Positions 9,995-19,384 of a DNA stretch of 64,000 nucleotides are shown piece after piece. Source of the stretch: Meyerozyma guilliermondii. Taxonomy: Eukaryota. Both the position numbers and the translations under genes were made by a program. A model generated the notes under the pieces. It made no database searches and had not been told where the DNA came from. It saw nothing but the letters and a program-made list of their open reading frames with translations. Numbering within the stretch: the first letter of the stretch is position 1; the number at the start of each line of letters is the position of its first letter. The DNA lies in NCBI GenBank assembly GCA_051546255.1, contig CP128815.1, forward strand, positions 806,001 to 870,000, in the 5' to 3' direction.

Positions 9995-11569
9995 ATGGTT
10001 GTGGTAGAAGCAGAGTGGACTCCTGATAAAATTCCGGCGAGGGTCCAACGGCGCAAGCCAGCTCTGGGCGGCGAGAAGATATCATCGTCTCAAAATCTGA
10101 GCCACATTTTCAACCAGGCCTCACATATAAAGAATGCCCGAATGAACCTGATGCGGAGGCGAAAGCGGGACTTTTTAACCCGAATAAACTATACGAATAC
10201 ATTTACTGTGGCTGTCTTGCCGGCATTGGCATTGGTGTATGTTTTCTTCTATGCCAAATCACTTTTACCTGAAAATTCTGCCACTTTCAAGTTCTCTTTC
10301 ATCTACTATCATGTGATGCTATTGGCATTTTCCGCTGGATATCACAAATGCTTTGCCCATAATACCTATAGAGTCAAGTACGGGGTACTTCTGTGGTATT
10401 TTGCTATTTTTGGGGCTGGAATTGGCCTTGGTTCCATTCGTTGGTGGGCTACTTTACATCGGGCTCACCACCAATATACCGATGATACCGAGCGTGATCC
10501 ATACCTGATCAAGAGAGGTTTCGCCTGGGCACATTATGGGTGGCTAATAAGAAAACCAAAAATTGTTCAATTTTATGAAGATTTTGTGCAGCATGAATTT
10601 CCTGATGAGCAGAGCGTGATTCAGAATGAAATCGACGACAACAACGAAGATGACTTTTTTGATGAGATTGATTCAGAGAAGAGAGCTTACCAAGAACAGA
10701 TGAGACTGGTTGTGTTGCAGCAGGAAAGACTCTATCTTGTTTTTTGGTTCATTAGTACCATTGTCATACCTGTTCTCGTCACAGTTACCATATGCAACGA
10801 TACTGTGATCAATGGCCTTTTGTACCCTGGCATTCTTCGGATGTTCATTTCTCAGCAGCCCATTCTTCTCACGCAGTCTGTCTGTCACCTTAAACATATT
10901 CAAGCAACAATTCCTACCCAGCCATTCAATGATAAGAATTCATCGCAAAATTGCAATAATCCTCTTATGGCATTCCTTACTTATGGAAACGCAGCACAGA
11001 ACTATCATCATGAGTTTCCCCACGACTACCGTTCACAATCGTCACACCTAGCTTATGATCCCACCAAGTGGTTCATATGGATATTGAGCAAAATCGGTAT
11101 GGTTGACGAACTCTGTAAAACCCCAAAAGATCTCATTACACAGCTTCAAATCCAGCAACAACAGCGAGTAATTAATAGAATGAAGAGCCAGCTCAATTGG
11201 GGCACACCAATCTCCAAGCTTCCTCTCATTACTCCCAAACAGTTCAAGGACATACTTGCTTCTGCCAGTCACAGTGGCCGCATTTACATCATTATTCAAA
11301 AAGTGATACACGATATCACCCCCTTCATGAACCAGCATCCCGGCGGAATTCAGTTGTTGAAAGCGTCCCATGGCTTAGATGCTACCAAGGCATTCTACGG
11401 TGGAGTCTACGGACATCTGACGGCTGCTGTCAACCTCTTGGCTACGATGAGAATCGGGCTTTTGGATGATGGAAATGACGAAGATGTGTGGAGAAGAGTA
11501 GCCAAGGAGCAACGAGAAGTAAATGATGACCACCAGAGTAAACTGTATAAATCAGCTGAGGCGGCCTAA
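9995..11569 (+). CDS. OLE2: Delta-9 acyl-CoA desaturase paralogue with C-terminal cytochrome b5 (Ole2-type)
   Basis: His boxes HKCFAH, HRAHH and QNYHH; transmembrane segments; b5 motif HPGG; C-terminus like Ole1. Confidence 0.8.
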   Translation: MVVVEAEWTPDKIPARVQRRKPALGGEKISSSQNLSHIFNQASHIKNARMNLMRRRKRDFLTRINYTNTFTVAVLPALALVYVFFYAKSLLPENSATFKFSFIYYHVMLLAFSAGYHKCFAHNTYRVKYGVLLWYFAIFGAGIGLGSIRWWATLHRAHHQYTDDTERDPYLIKRGFAWAHYGWLIRKPKIVQFYEDFVQHEFPDEQSVIQNEIDDNNEDDFFDEIDSEKRAYQEQMRLVVLQQERLYLVFWFISTIVIPVLVTVTICNDTVINGLLYPGILRMFISQQPILLTQSVCHLKHIQATIPTQPFNDKNSSQNCNNPLMAFLTYGNAAQNYHHEFPHDYRSQSSHLAYDPTKWFIWILSKIGMVDELCKTPKDLITQLQIQQQQRVINRMKSQLNWGTPISKLPLITPKQFKDILASASHSGRIYIIIQKVIHDITPFMNQHPGGIQLLKASHGLDATKAFYGGVYGHLTAAVNLLATMRIGLLDDGNDEDVWRRVAKEQREVNDDHQSKLYKSAEAA

Positions 11570-11654
11570 ATTATCTTTATAATAACGAAACTGTGAATTC
11601 TTGACTTGTCGCATAATTTCGCAATTTTCCAAATTTCATTTTCTCTTTATCATC

Positions 11655-12200
11655 ATGAGCCAGAAACACTTTAAGCAGCGGGATTACAGGGGTGCAACTG
11701 TCGAGGACTTGGATATCAAGCCCGCCATATCAATAAACCCAACCACGTCTCTTGATGAAGCACTTGAGATCTCCTTTGAGCATGAATTTTCGTATTTGCC
11801 AGTGATCCACGAATCCAACAAACAGCTTTTGGGCATTTTTGAAGTGGAAAAGTTGAAGACAGACAAGGAAAAGCGCTCTCGTGACTTCTTAAAGCCCATT
11901 GTGAGCAACTACATGTTATGGTTTAACCAGAAAGCTCGAGAGAATTACGGTCGCCAGTCTCGTCCCGAAGCATCTTCGACGAAATTGAGAACAGCACCTC
12001 ATAGCACCATCAAGAAACCAAAAAGCAAAGGCAAGCACTTTGATATAATTACTCCCGACACCCCTCTTGAAAAATTGGCCGATTTTTTCAATTCTGGGGT
12101 CTACTTTGCCATAATTACCAATGGAGAAGGCACCATTGTATATGGTGTAGCAACCCCCGAAGACTTAGAGAAGTTTGAGAAGGCCAGGCCGAAGTTGTAG
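11655..12200 (+). CDS. Stand-alone CBS-pair (Bateman domain) protein, uncharacterised
   Basis: CBS1 (AISINPTTSLDEALEI...FSYLPVI...LLGI) and CBS2 (ITPDTPLEKL...AIITN...VYGVAT.EDL). First ATG at 11655. Confidence 0.7.
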   Translation: MSQKHFKQRDYRGATVEDLDIKPAISINPTTSLDEALEISFEHEFSYLPVIHESNKQLLGIFEVEKLKTDKEKRSRDFLKPIVSNYMLWFNQKARENYGRQSRPEASSTKLRTAPHSTIKKPKSKGKHFDIITPDTPLEKLADFFNSGVYFAIITNGEGTIVYGVATPEDLEKFEKARPKL

Positions 12201-12216
12201 ATAGACTAATTACATA

Positions 12217-12906
12217 CTAATTTGCACTCGAAACGTTGGCAGCTAGCATTCTTTCCACCTTGTCACCATGGCGTATTCGCTTTTGATTTGAATTAGCAGG
12301 GTCTTCTTTGAATGCATAGTCGATGGAAATCAGCGCGTTCATAAGCACTGCTCCATTCATTTTCTCTATGACTGAGTCTGTCGTTTGAAAGTCACCAAAA
12401 GTAAGAAATCCATGACGTTTTGACTCGCCAGTTTCAGAGTCTCTTATAACCACTGGAGGTCTAACCATGGTTCCAAACTTGGAAAATGTCTCATGCAAGT
12501 ATTGTTCATCAATCAATGGGTCCAAGTTGCCCACAAATAGCTTGGCTCCAACATCAACGGCATTGGTTACGGAATTATTGTTGGCAAAATTAGAAGTAGT
12601 ACCAGCTGCTCCTCGAGAATTAGGGTCTGCCCGGCGTAGTTTAAGGGACTTTCCATATAGTCTGACCCCTCTTAGTATTTCCAAAACATAATTTGCGTCT
12701 TCAATGCCCCTAAACTCTACGAATCCATACCCTTGATGAGTACCCAGCACTCTATCTTTTGGTAGGTTCAATGATCTGATTGGTGCAAATTGTATGAGAA
12801 GTTCATATAGAAGAGCCTCGTTGACCTGAGGGTCAAGATTGCCCACGTATAGCGTTGCCTTGACGTTTCTATCGGCGTCCGCCGGTTTTCGAAATACAGA
12901 TGCCAT
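12217..12906 (-). CDS. HSH49: U2 snRNP SF3b subunit 4 (two RRMs)
   Basis: ATLYVGNLDPQV...QGYGFVEF, second RRM KLFVGNLDP, and the RHGD.VERMLA tail. Confidence 0.9.
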   Translation of the reverse strand: MASVFRKPADADRNVKATLYVGNLDPQVNEALLYELLIQFAPIRSLNLPKDRVLGTHQGYGFVEFRGIEDANYVLEILRGVRLYGKSLKLRRADPNSRGAAGTTSNFANNNSVTNAVDVGAKLFVGNLDPLIDEQYLHETFSKFGTMVRPPVVIRDSETGESKRHGFLTFGDFQTTDSVIEKMNGAVLMNALISIDYAFKEDPANSNQKRIRHGDKVERMLAANVSSAN

Positions 12907-13081
12907 ATAGTGGAAAAGAAAGTTCGCGATGATGAGATAAAGCGTAGTGAATTAGGATGCAAGTAATTAGATGTAGGAGATAGGAAACCCTTCAATGTTT
13001 CAATTATGATAATTCTGTTTATGCTATTAATTTAAGCTGCTTATTCTATGAGCTTAAGCTTCATGCTATTATGCTGTTATG

Positions 13082-14083
13082 CTACATGTCAACCTCAATC
13101 TCTTCGGTATTACTGAGCTGAGGAGGTTTGGACGAAGATTCTTCTGGTGCCGAATCGTCTGAGTCTTCAGATTCCAGACCTGAATCTGACTCTGAATCCG
13201 GATCTGAAGAGTCCTCTGAGTCTGAGCTCGAATCTGACAGTGAGTCCTCGTCATCTGTAAGACTCTGATTGTAGGATGTACATATATCTCCCACATTGGT
13301 ACCACTCTGAGAGACGTATATTGTGGGATACTCCAACACAATACGGTCTGCCAATGCATCGCAGAGAGGCATAGGGGCTTCCAATGGTATTAAAGAACGA
13401 CCAGGTTTGCAATTAACCACGTTCATGAGGTAGTACGACAATTTTTCAGGTACAATTAGATCAGATTCATCACCATGTGCCTTTTTGATCAAGTTTATCG
13501 GAACAAGTTGCTGGATAGTGTTGCCTTCAGGCAATCTGTAGCTCATGTACCGACCGATCTCTTGTCCGTCATCGGCGAGAACCACCCATTCCACAGACCA
13601 CACAAATGCTCCGGCCTTCTTATCGTACCCAGTCTTGTTAGCCATGGCTCGAGACATCCCTGGCGGTACCAGAACTATGACCGTGTTTTTCCTTTTAATG
13701 CTGGTTGGCGGATCATGAGGAAATGCTCTTTTAATCAACTGAATCCGAAAATCTTCCAGCTCAGTTTTCTGGCGCTTGGGAGGGGGCCGTTTGCCGGGAC
13801 CACCTTGTCTCTTGAACAAGTTCTTCGATTTCAGACGCAATGTCTCTTTTTGAACATCCAAATGACGGCCAGCATTGATCAAAAAGTTGTAATCTCGGTT
13901 CACGTGGATTGAGCCTTCGCTCAACTGTTTCCATGACAAGAATTTGGCTGGATCCACAAACCCCAGACAGTTTTTTTCCTTCTTATGCAACTTTACACAC
14001 TCCAAAGAGCACGTCTGCATGCCACAAGAGGGACATTTGTATTTGGAAGGTTCCTTGGAACAGATCCCACAAACTGGAGCCAT
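13082..14083 (-). CDS. BCD1: Box C/D snoRNA biogenesis zinc-finger HIT protein
   Basis: zf-HIT CGIC...YKCPSC...CSLEC..HK, RDYNFL, WSVEW, VLEYPTIYV and an acidic tail. ATG at 14083. Confidence 0.85.
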   Translation of the reverse strand: MAPVCGICSKEPSKYKCPSCGMQTCSLECVKLHKKEKNCLGFVDPAKFLSWKQLSEGSIHVNRDYNFLINAGRHLDVQKETLRLKSKNLFKRQGGPGKRPPPKRQKTELEDFRIQLIKRAFPHDPPTSIKRKNTVIVLVPPGMSRAMANKTGYDKKAGAFVWSVEWVVLADDGQEIGRYMSYRLPEGNTIQQLVPINLIKKAHGDESDLIVPEKLSYYLMNVVNCKPGRSLIPLEAPMPLCDALADRIVLEYPTIYVSQSGTNVGDICTSYNQSLTDDEDSLSDSSSDSEDSSDPDSESDSGLESEDSDDSAPEESSSKPPQLSNTEEIEVDM

Positions 14084-14190
14084 CAACTTTCCCCGCGATG
14101 CTCATCGGGTTCAATTTGACAGACTCGGGCGCTGTCTGCAGGAATCACAGTGGACAAAAATTCAATTTGCGGTTGAATCTCAAAGCGACG

Positions 14191-14880
14191 ATGTCGACGA
14201 CCTTTAAAGTTGGCACTGTTCTGCCGTCATTGGTGCGCTTTGCCTCCACCAGGACCGTGGCAAACAAGTCGGGAAAGATATCTGTACAGTTGTTGAAAGA
14301 TTTTCCTCTGGTAGGAGCTCGTGGAGAAGTGGTCAGAGTCAAGCCTGCATTCATGAGAAACTATCTTCAGGTAAATAATGGGGCTTGCTACTTGCTAGAG
14401 GGCCAAGGACCTCGAATTCCGATAGTAAAGAAAGTGAAGCAAGAGGTCCGTAAAGCACCCGTGGAGAAAACGGTTCCAGCACCAAAGGTTGTGGAGAGCG
14501 ATCAAAATTCTGGCGCCATGTCACTCGACGAGCTTTCGACCTTGTTCAATAACATGAGAAAATCAAGAAGAGGGACCGCAGCGAGGGAAAGTGGCGAGGC
14601 AACGTTTTCTGCTAGTGAAAATATCGGATTTACTGCTGCTGAGTTGACACAACTGGTACCTAGAGTTCATGGAATCCAAGTTGAAACATTCCCATATACC
14701 AAAAAGCAACTTTCCGAAACCATATATAACATTGCAGGACTTGAGGTACCCGAGTCATCGATCAAGTGGAATGGAGCGACGGAAATTTCCAAAGCTGGCG
14801 AATATGAATACACCATCGATGTTCCTGGAGAGACCACCAACGTGAAGAGAATATTAGTGGTCAATGCTAGCAGCTCTTAG
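14191..14880 (+). CDS. MRPL50: Mitochondrial ribosomal protein bL9m
   Basis: L9 N-terminal signature VQLLKDFP..G.RGEVVRVKPAFMRNYL after a mitochondrial-presequence-like N-terminus. Probable ATG at 14191. Confidence 0.8.
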   Translation: MSTTFKVGTVLPSLVRFASTRTVANKSGKISVQLLKDFPLVGARGEVVRVKPAFMRNYLQVNNGACYLLEGQGPRIPIVKKVKQEVRKAPVEKTVPAPKVVESDQNSGAMSLDELSTLFNNMRKSRRGTAARESGEATFSASENIGFTAAELTQLVPRVHGIQVETFPYTKKQLSETIYNIAGLEVPESSIKWNGATEISKAGEYEYTIDVPGETTNVKRILVVNASSS

Positions 14881-15036
14881 AACATGCTATAAGTGCCAGA
14901 AATAGTGATCTAGAGGTTACTGGAGATAGAATAGAGGCTCCAAGTCACCTCCATTCCCAGCCATGTATATAGTGCGATTTTCAGGTGACTCGCTGACTAA
15001 ATCTCGATATCTTCAATATGACTTGTAGGTATTAAT

Positions 15037-16206
15037 ATGGCCCCTAATCTTCGATATTCAGCAGCCAAATCATCTACCATTGGGAAGCGCTCTGCCAGCC
15101 TGTCACCTACGAAACAACGCACCTTGCGCAACATCCTTCCTTCTCAAACCAAGTACCTTCAAAATCTCAAAAAGGCACCCAAGTCATCTTCAAATGAAGA
15201 TGCTTTGCTTGTCCAAGACTACAATGTTCAGCTAGATTACCAACTTTCAGCCAAGAATGATATCATGGTGGCTATAGATACAGTTCTAGAAAACCAGTGG
15301 GCAGAATCCACTACTCTTCATCATCGATTTCACACCAAAGATGAGATAAATGCATCCGAGTCAAATGACCAATTATTGTTTCTGCTTCCAGGACTCTCCA
15401 TGGAAGTGAAGGCAGATATATTGAGGTATCGAAAGTCTCATTTACCCATTGGTCTTCTTACGCTTAATCAACTTTACTCGATATACGATAGACAGGGCCC
15501 GACCTATGTTGACCGTAATTTGGAGCTTCGTCTTCGAGAGGGAAAAGTCCGCAAGTTTGTCATAACCAATGCTGCGCCAGTAGTTCTGAGAACCCAGAAC
15601 AAGTACCAAGGAAGAGTTACCTACGGCCATGAAAACGTGGAGGTGATCGTGAAGAGTGAGCAATACTACGACTTGATAGAGAGAGAAGTGGACGCAATCG
15701 ACTCAGAAGCTGGAAAGTGTAATAGCATGCAAGAATCTGAACGACTAAAGTTGCAAAGCACCACTTTGAAGAAATATTTGCAGTTTTTGAAGGGAAATCC
15801 ATCAGCACTTTACATCCACTCGGACGATTTTGCCAGTGCAGAACTTTCAACTCTTGTTTCTTTGGGGTACGTAACGTTGACTTCAAACCACCTCAACGAG
15901 ATAGAGTCACACCAGTACAGTGTAGCCTATCCAAACTGCGGAACATTTCTTAAACTAATTAATTCTGGTCGAGCATGGTTGGTAAAGACTTTGAATAAAT
16001 CGAAGCATAAAGAGTTGCTAGAAGAAAATTTGTTTCAGAAATGGGAAGGATATTCTACCAATGGAACACCCAAAATGACCAATTTTCGTAAACCATTTTA
16101 TGGCTATGATCTCTTTTGGATATTGGCCGATGCATTAGGAGCAGGAGTCATTGAAGTGTTCAATACCCCAGTAGGAAGAGGATGGAAATTGACAGGGAAG
16201 GTTTAA
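15037..16206 (+). CDS. STK19-family winged-helix protein
   Basis: C-terminal PNCGTFLKLINSGRAWL...GYDLFWILADALGAGVIEVFNTPVGRG and internal PTYVDRNLE match my recollection of the Stk19 family. Confidence 0.65.
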   Translation: MAPNLRYSAAKSSTIGKRSASLSPTKQRTLRNILPSQTKYLQNLKKAPKSSSNEDALLVQDYNVQLDYQLSAKNDIMVAIDTVLENQWAESTTLHHRFHTKDEINASESNDQLLFLLPGLSMEVKADILRYRKSHLPIGLLTLNQLYSIYDRQGPTYVDRNLELRLREGKVRKFVITNAAPVVLRTQNKYQGRVTYGHENVEVIVKSEQYYDLIEREVDAIDSEAGKCNSMQESERLKLQSTTLKKYLQFLKGNPSALYIHSDDFASAELSTLVSLGYVTLTSNHLNEIESHQYSVAYPNCGTFLKLINSGRAWLVKTLNKSKHKELLEENLFQKWEGYSTNGTPKMTNFRKPFYGYDLFWILADALGAGVIEVFNTPVGRGWKLTGKV

Positions 16207-16221
16207 ACTACATATGAATTC

Positions 16222-17398
16222 TTACATTCTAACCTTTTGTTTCTTAGCGGCTTTTCTTTGTCTCTTTTCGGCAGCTTTCTTTTCAAGCTTGAGCTGTTCA
16301 GCATCGGACAACTCTCGATTACGGAGTCTCTCCTCTCTCTTCAACTTGGCCTTTTCCTCCGCCAATTTCTCTTGTTTGATTTCGTCCTCAATACGTTTCC
16401 ACTTGGCAAGTTCGTTCTCTCTGGTCTTGACGACTTTTCTCAAGGTTTCTGACTTGAACGTGATTTCCTTGGCAGCCAACTTGTCCACCAAATTAAAAAC
16501 ACCGGACAAAACGTCAGAAATCTGCTTGATCTGAACAGAAGAAGAAGCGACATCCGTAGCAATGATTATTCTACGCCTTGGAGAGTACTCCAGAAGAGTG
16601 GAAGGTCTCTCAACAGACTGATCGGTGAATGCAACATACTTCAACCATGATGCAGACTCCATGGTCAAGGCGTCCTTGATTTCAGGAGACAACAACTTGT
16701 CTTGGATCTCGCTAGACTCGCTCATGAAAACAAATGATTGTGGAAGTGAGTCCGAGTCCGAAGTTTTGGTCAACGACAAGAAGTAGTTGAACTTTCTAAA
16801 CTCGTTCATACCAATCTTGGAAACAATGGCCGAGATAAAGTTGTCGTATTCTGCGTCTGAAGATGGCGTAATGATGATGTCGACTCTATCGCTAGGCGCC
16901 TGAACATTGGAGGTGAAGAAGGACATAATAGTTTCCAATACCAACACGAAAAGATTGTGTCTTGGTTTCAATCTGAACTCAAGGTTCACTTTGGCAATGT
17001 TCACACGGCCAGTAGCGTAACTGGAGTAGCTTTCTGCACTATCCTTGACATACAACTTGTCGGGGGCAACTCCGAATTGGTAAAAGTTGTTGGTGAACAA
17101 ATCTGACAAACCGTTCAAATACGCTTTAACTTTGCGCTGGTTGTACAAATCGCCAATCTTGAATAAGAAACAAAAAACCAAGATGGTCGACAAAGTAATT
17201 ACCTCGAGACGCCAGTTGGTAAGCTTGATTCTGTTAACCAACCCCATTTTGTTCAACTCTTCAACAGTATACTGATGGTAAGAATTACGACTATAATTAG
17301 TATGTACTCGCACAAACCAAAGATGGGGCTACTTACACCTCTTCAACCACCGTCTCTGCAACATTGCGGCTGCCAAAGAATGGGAGATTAAAATTCAT
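16222..17398 (-). CDS. ER membrane protein, CCDC47/YNR021W (DUF1682) family; two exons (17398-17337, 17290-16222)
   Basis: Single TM helix, YATGR motif, basic coiled-coil C-terminus. Splicing a 46-nt intron joins ATG 17398 in frame. Confidence 0.8.
17291..17336 (-). other. Spliceosomal intron (46 nt) in the CCDC47-like gene
   Basis: Minus strand GTAAGT...TACTAAT...TAG. Phase-2 join gives GT+T = Val and restores the frame. Confidence 0.8.
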
Positions 17399-17533
17399 TG
17401 TCGATATGAAGATGGTGGGCGAAATCGCGAACTTCGCGGCGGTTTTGTGTAATTTTTCACTGTGGAGATGAAAAGGAGAGGATGCTTTTTGTAAAATAGC
17501 TGAATTGGTCAATTTAGGTAAGCTCTTCTTTGC

Positions 17534-18211
17534 TCAACCGCTTTTTTGTCGCTTGTTGTCTCCGTCTTCGGCTTCGGCTCGAAATTGAGCCATGCCATCA
17601 TGGACTGCATTTCGTACCAACTCTCGGAGTGCCTCTTCTGGGTTTTCACTATTGAGAATAGCCTCTATCTTCTTTTTCTTTTCCGCCTCTTCTTCTGGCG
17701 TCAAGTTGGGTGCGTCGGCTTCCATAGTATAGCGTATTTCATGACCATCGACATTTCCTGGTGTGGGCAAAGATGCAATGAATTGATCACTTGTCGAACC
17801 AGAACCAGCTACTGATTCCCCACTGGACTCTGGACCATCGTGAATGAGTGACCTTAAGTAGTTCGCTAACTCAGGAAACTCTCCTTCTTCTTCAATGTAC
17901 TGTCCAGCTGTGAGTCCATCCTCATTCTTGATTTTGTAGTCTGCAGAAAATTCCTCCACCATTACTTTAGCTGTGGCCAAGTCCTCTGTGTGATGCAATG
18001 GAGTATCCCCCTCGTTATCCTGAACATTTATATTACCTCCTCGTTGTATTAAAAGCCGTAAGAGGCCGACATGACCATAGGAAGCAGCAGCATGAATGGC
18101 AGTATATCCATTAGCATCGCTAGAATTGGGAGATACTTTCCCCAGGTCTAGATGCTGCTTGACTACGTCTATCTGGTTATCGGCCGCAGCCACCCATATA
18201 TTTGAAACCAT
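17534..18211 (-). CDS. Ankyrin-repeat protein (YCR051W-like)
   Basis: NIWVAAAD, GYTAIHAAASYGH, GDTPLH ankyrin repeats. ATG at 18211. Confidence 0.8.
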   Translation of the reverse strand: MVSNIWVAAADNQIDVVKQHLDLGKVSPNSSDANGYTAIHAAASYGHVGLLRLLIQRGGNINVQDNEGDTPLHHTEDLATAKVMVEEFSADYKIKNEDGLTAGQYIEEEGEFPELANYLRSLIHDGPESSGESVAGSGSTSDQFIASLPTPGNVDGHEIRYTMEADAPNLTPEEEAEKKKKIEAILNSENPEEALRELVRNAVHDGMAQFRAEAEDGDNKRQKSG

Positions 18212-18450
18212 CGTACTCGGTACCACAGGTGGATTTGGAATCTGAATGAGAAGAGATGAGGCGGACTATCTGCAGGATGGAACACATTAAAGAAGTTGCT
18301 TCTTTCGACGATTTAGGACAGTATGGGTGAAACTGACTATATAGCCGTTTTTATCCAGTCTGAAAGTTTTGGCCGTGTGGCCAATTATTCGAAAACCCTT
18401 CATTTTACCCATTTTCACGTGGCCGTAAAAGACCCGATATAAGCCGGTGT

Positions 18451-19179
18451 ATGGATGTGATATACCGAAGTGGAACCAAATTGATTTGGTCGAGCAGCAT
18501 GAACGACGATCGGCAAACGTCGCTGGAAGACAAGCTCAAGGGATTCGAGTGGTGGAGACGGTCCCTACAGTACAGAACGGGATTAGGGCTAGATGAGGAG
18601 GAAAAGTTGCAATTTGAACACGATTACCGTGTGAAAAATCTTCCCCAGAAATGTGATAGTTGTATTGAATACCGAGACTGGATGTTCAAGTACTCGCCAT
18701 CGGTCAAGTTTATGATGGAGCACGTGCAGAAGTTGGGAGGAAACCTTAGTAGCAAGAACATCACCTGTGATATGTGTGATGGGATGAAAGGTGGAGGGTT
18801 TCATCCAGAAATGGGTATTTTACTTTGTCTGAATTGGATCAAAGACAAGTGGCAATTAGAAGATATCCTCACACACGAGCTCGTCCATGCCTACGACCAC
18901 CTCAAGTTCAAGGTGGACCTTACAAACCTCAAACATCATGCTTGTACTGAGATCAGAGCATCAGCATTGAGTGGAGAATGTAGAATATTGAATGAGATAA
19001 AAAAGACCGGGCTCGGAGACTTTGGAAGCAAGTTCCAGGCATGTGTCAGGAGAAGAGCAGCTATATCTGTGAGCGCCAACCCCAATTGCAGCTCGAAAGA
19101 AGAAGCAGAAAGTGTGGTGAATGCAGTATGGGAATCATGTTTCAACGATACCCGACCATTCGAGCGAGTATACCGATAA
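18451..19179 (+). CDS. ATP23: Mitochondrial inner-membrane metalloprotease
   Basis: HELVHAYDH zinc motif, HACTEIRAS.LSGEC and CFNDTRPFE. Confidence 0.93.
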   Translation: MDVIYRSGTKLIWSSSMNDDRQTSLEDKLKGFEWWRRSLQYRTGLGLDEEEKLQFEHDYRVKNLPQKCDSCIEYRDWMFKYSPSVKFMMEHVQKLGGNLSSKNITCDMCDGMKGGGFHPEMGILLCLNWIKDKWQLEDILTHELVHAYDHLKFKVDLTNLKHHACTEIRASALSGECRILNEIKKTGLGDFGSKFQACVRRRAAISVSANPNCSSKEEAESVVNAVWESCFNDTRPFERVYR

Positions 19180-19384
19180 ACCAGAAGCTACGAAAAGAGC
19201 CGTAATGTCTTTCACAGCCAACAACTTGGCCGCAGTTGTTGGCCGCTTGGCGTCTTTATCCGAACCGAGACGGATATACCGGTACCTGTACATAGCCTAT
19301 CCAAGACATCTTTAATTTGTTCTCGATCGGGAGCGGGGCATTATATATGGTTCCATAGATCCCGAAACCTCAATTCCACAGCAA

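Noticed and set aside
13909..14190. N-terminal extensions of the ORF-track calls for MRPL50 (and likewise DAC1, ARO7, SEY1, SUI2, YMC1, JID1)
   Set aside because: They arise from TTG/GTG or upstream starts that overlap neighbouring genes or promoters. Conserved sequence begins at downstream ATGs.
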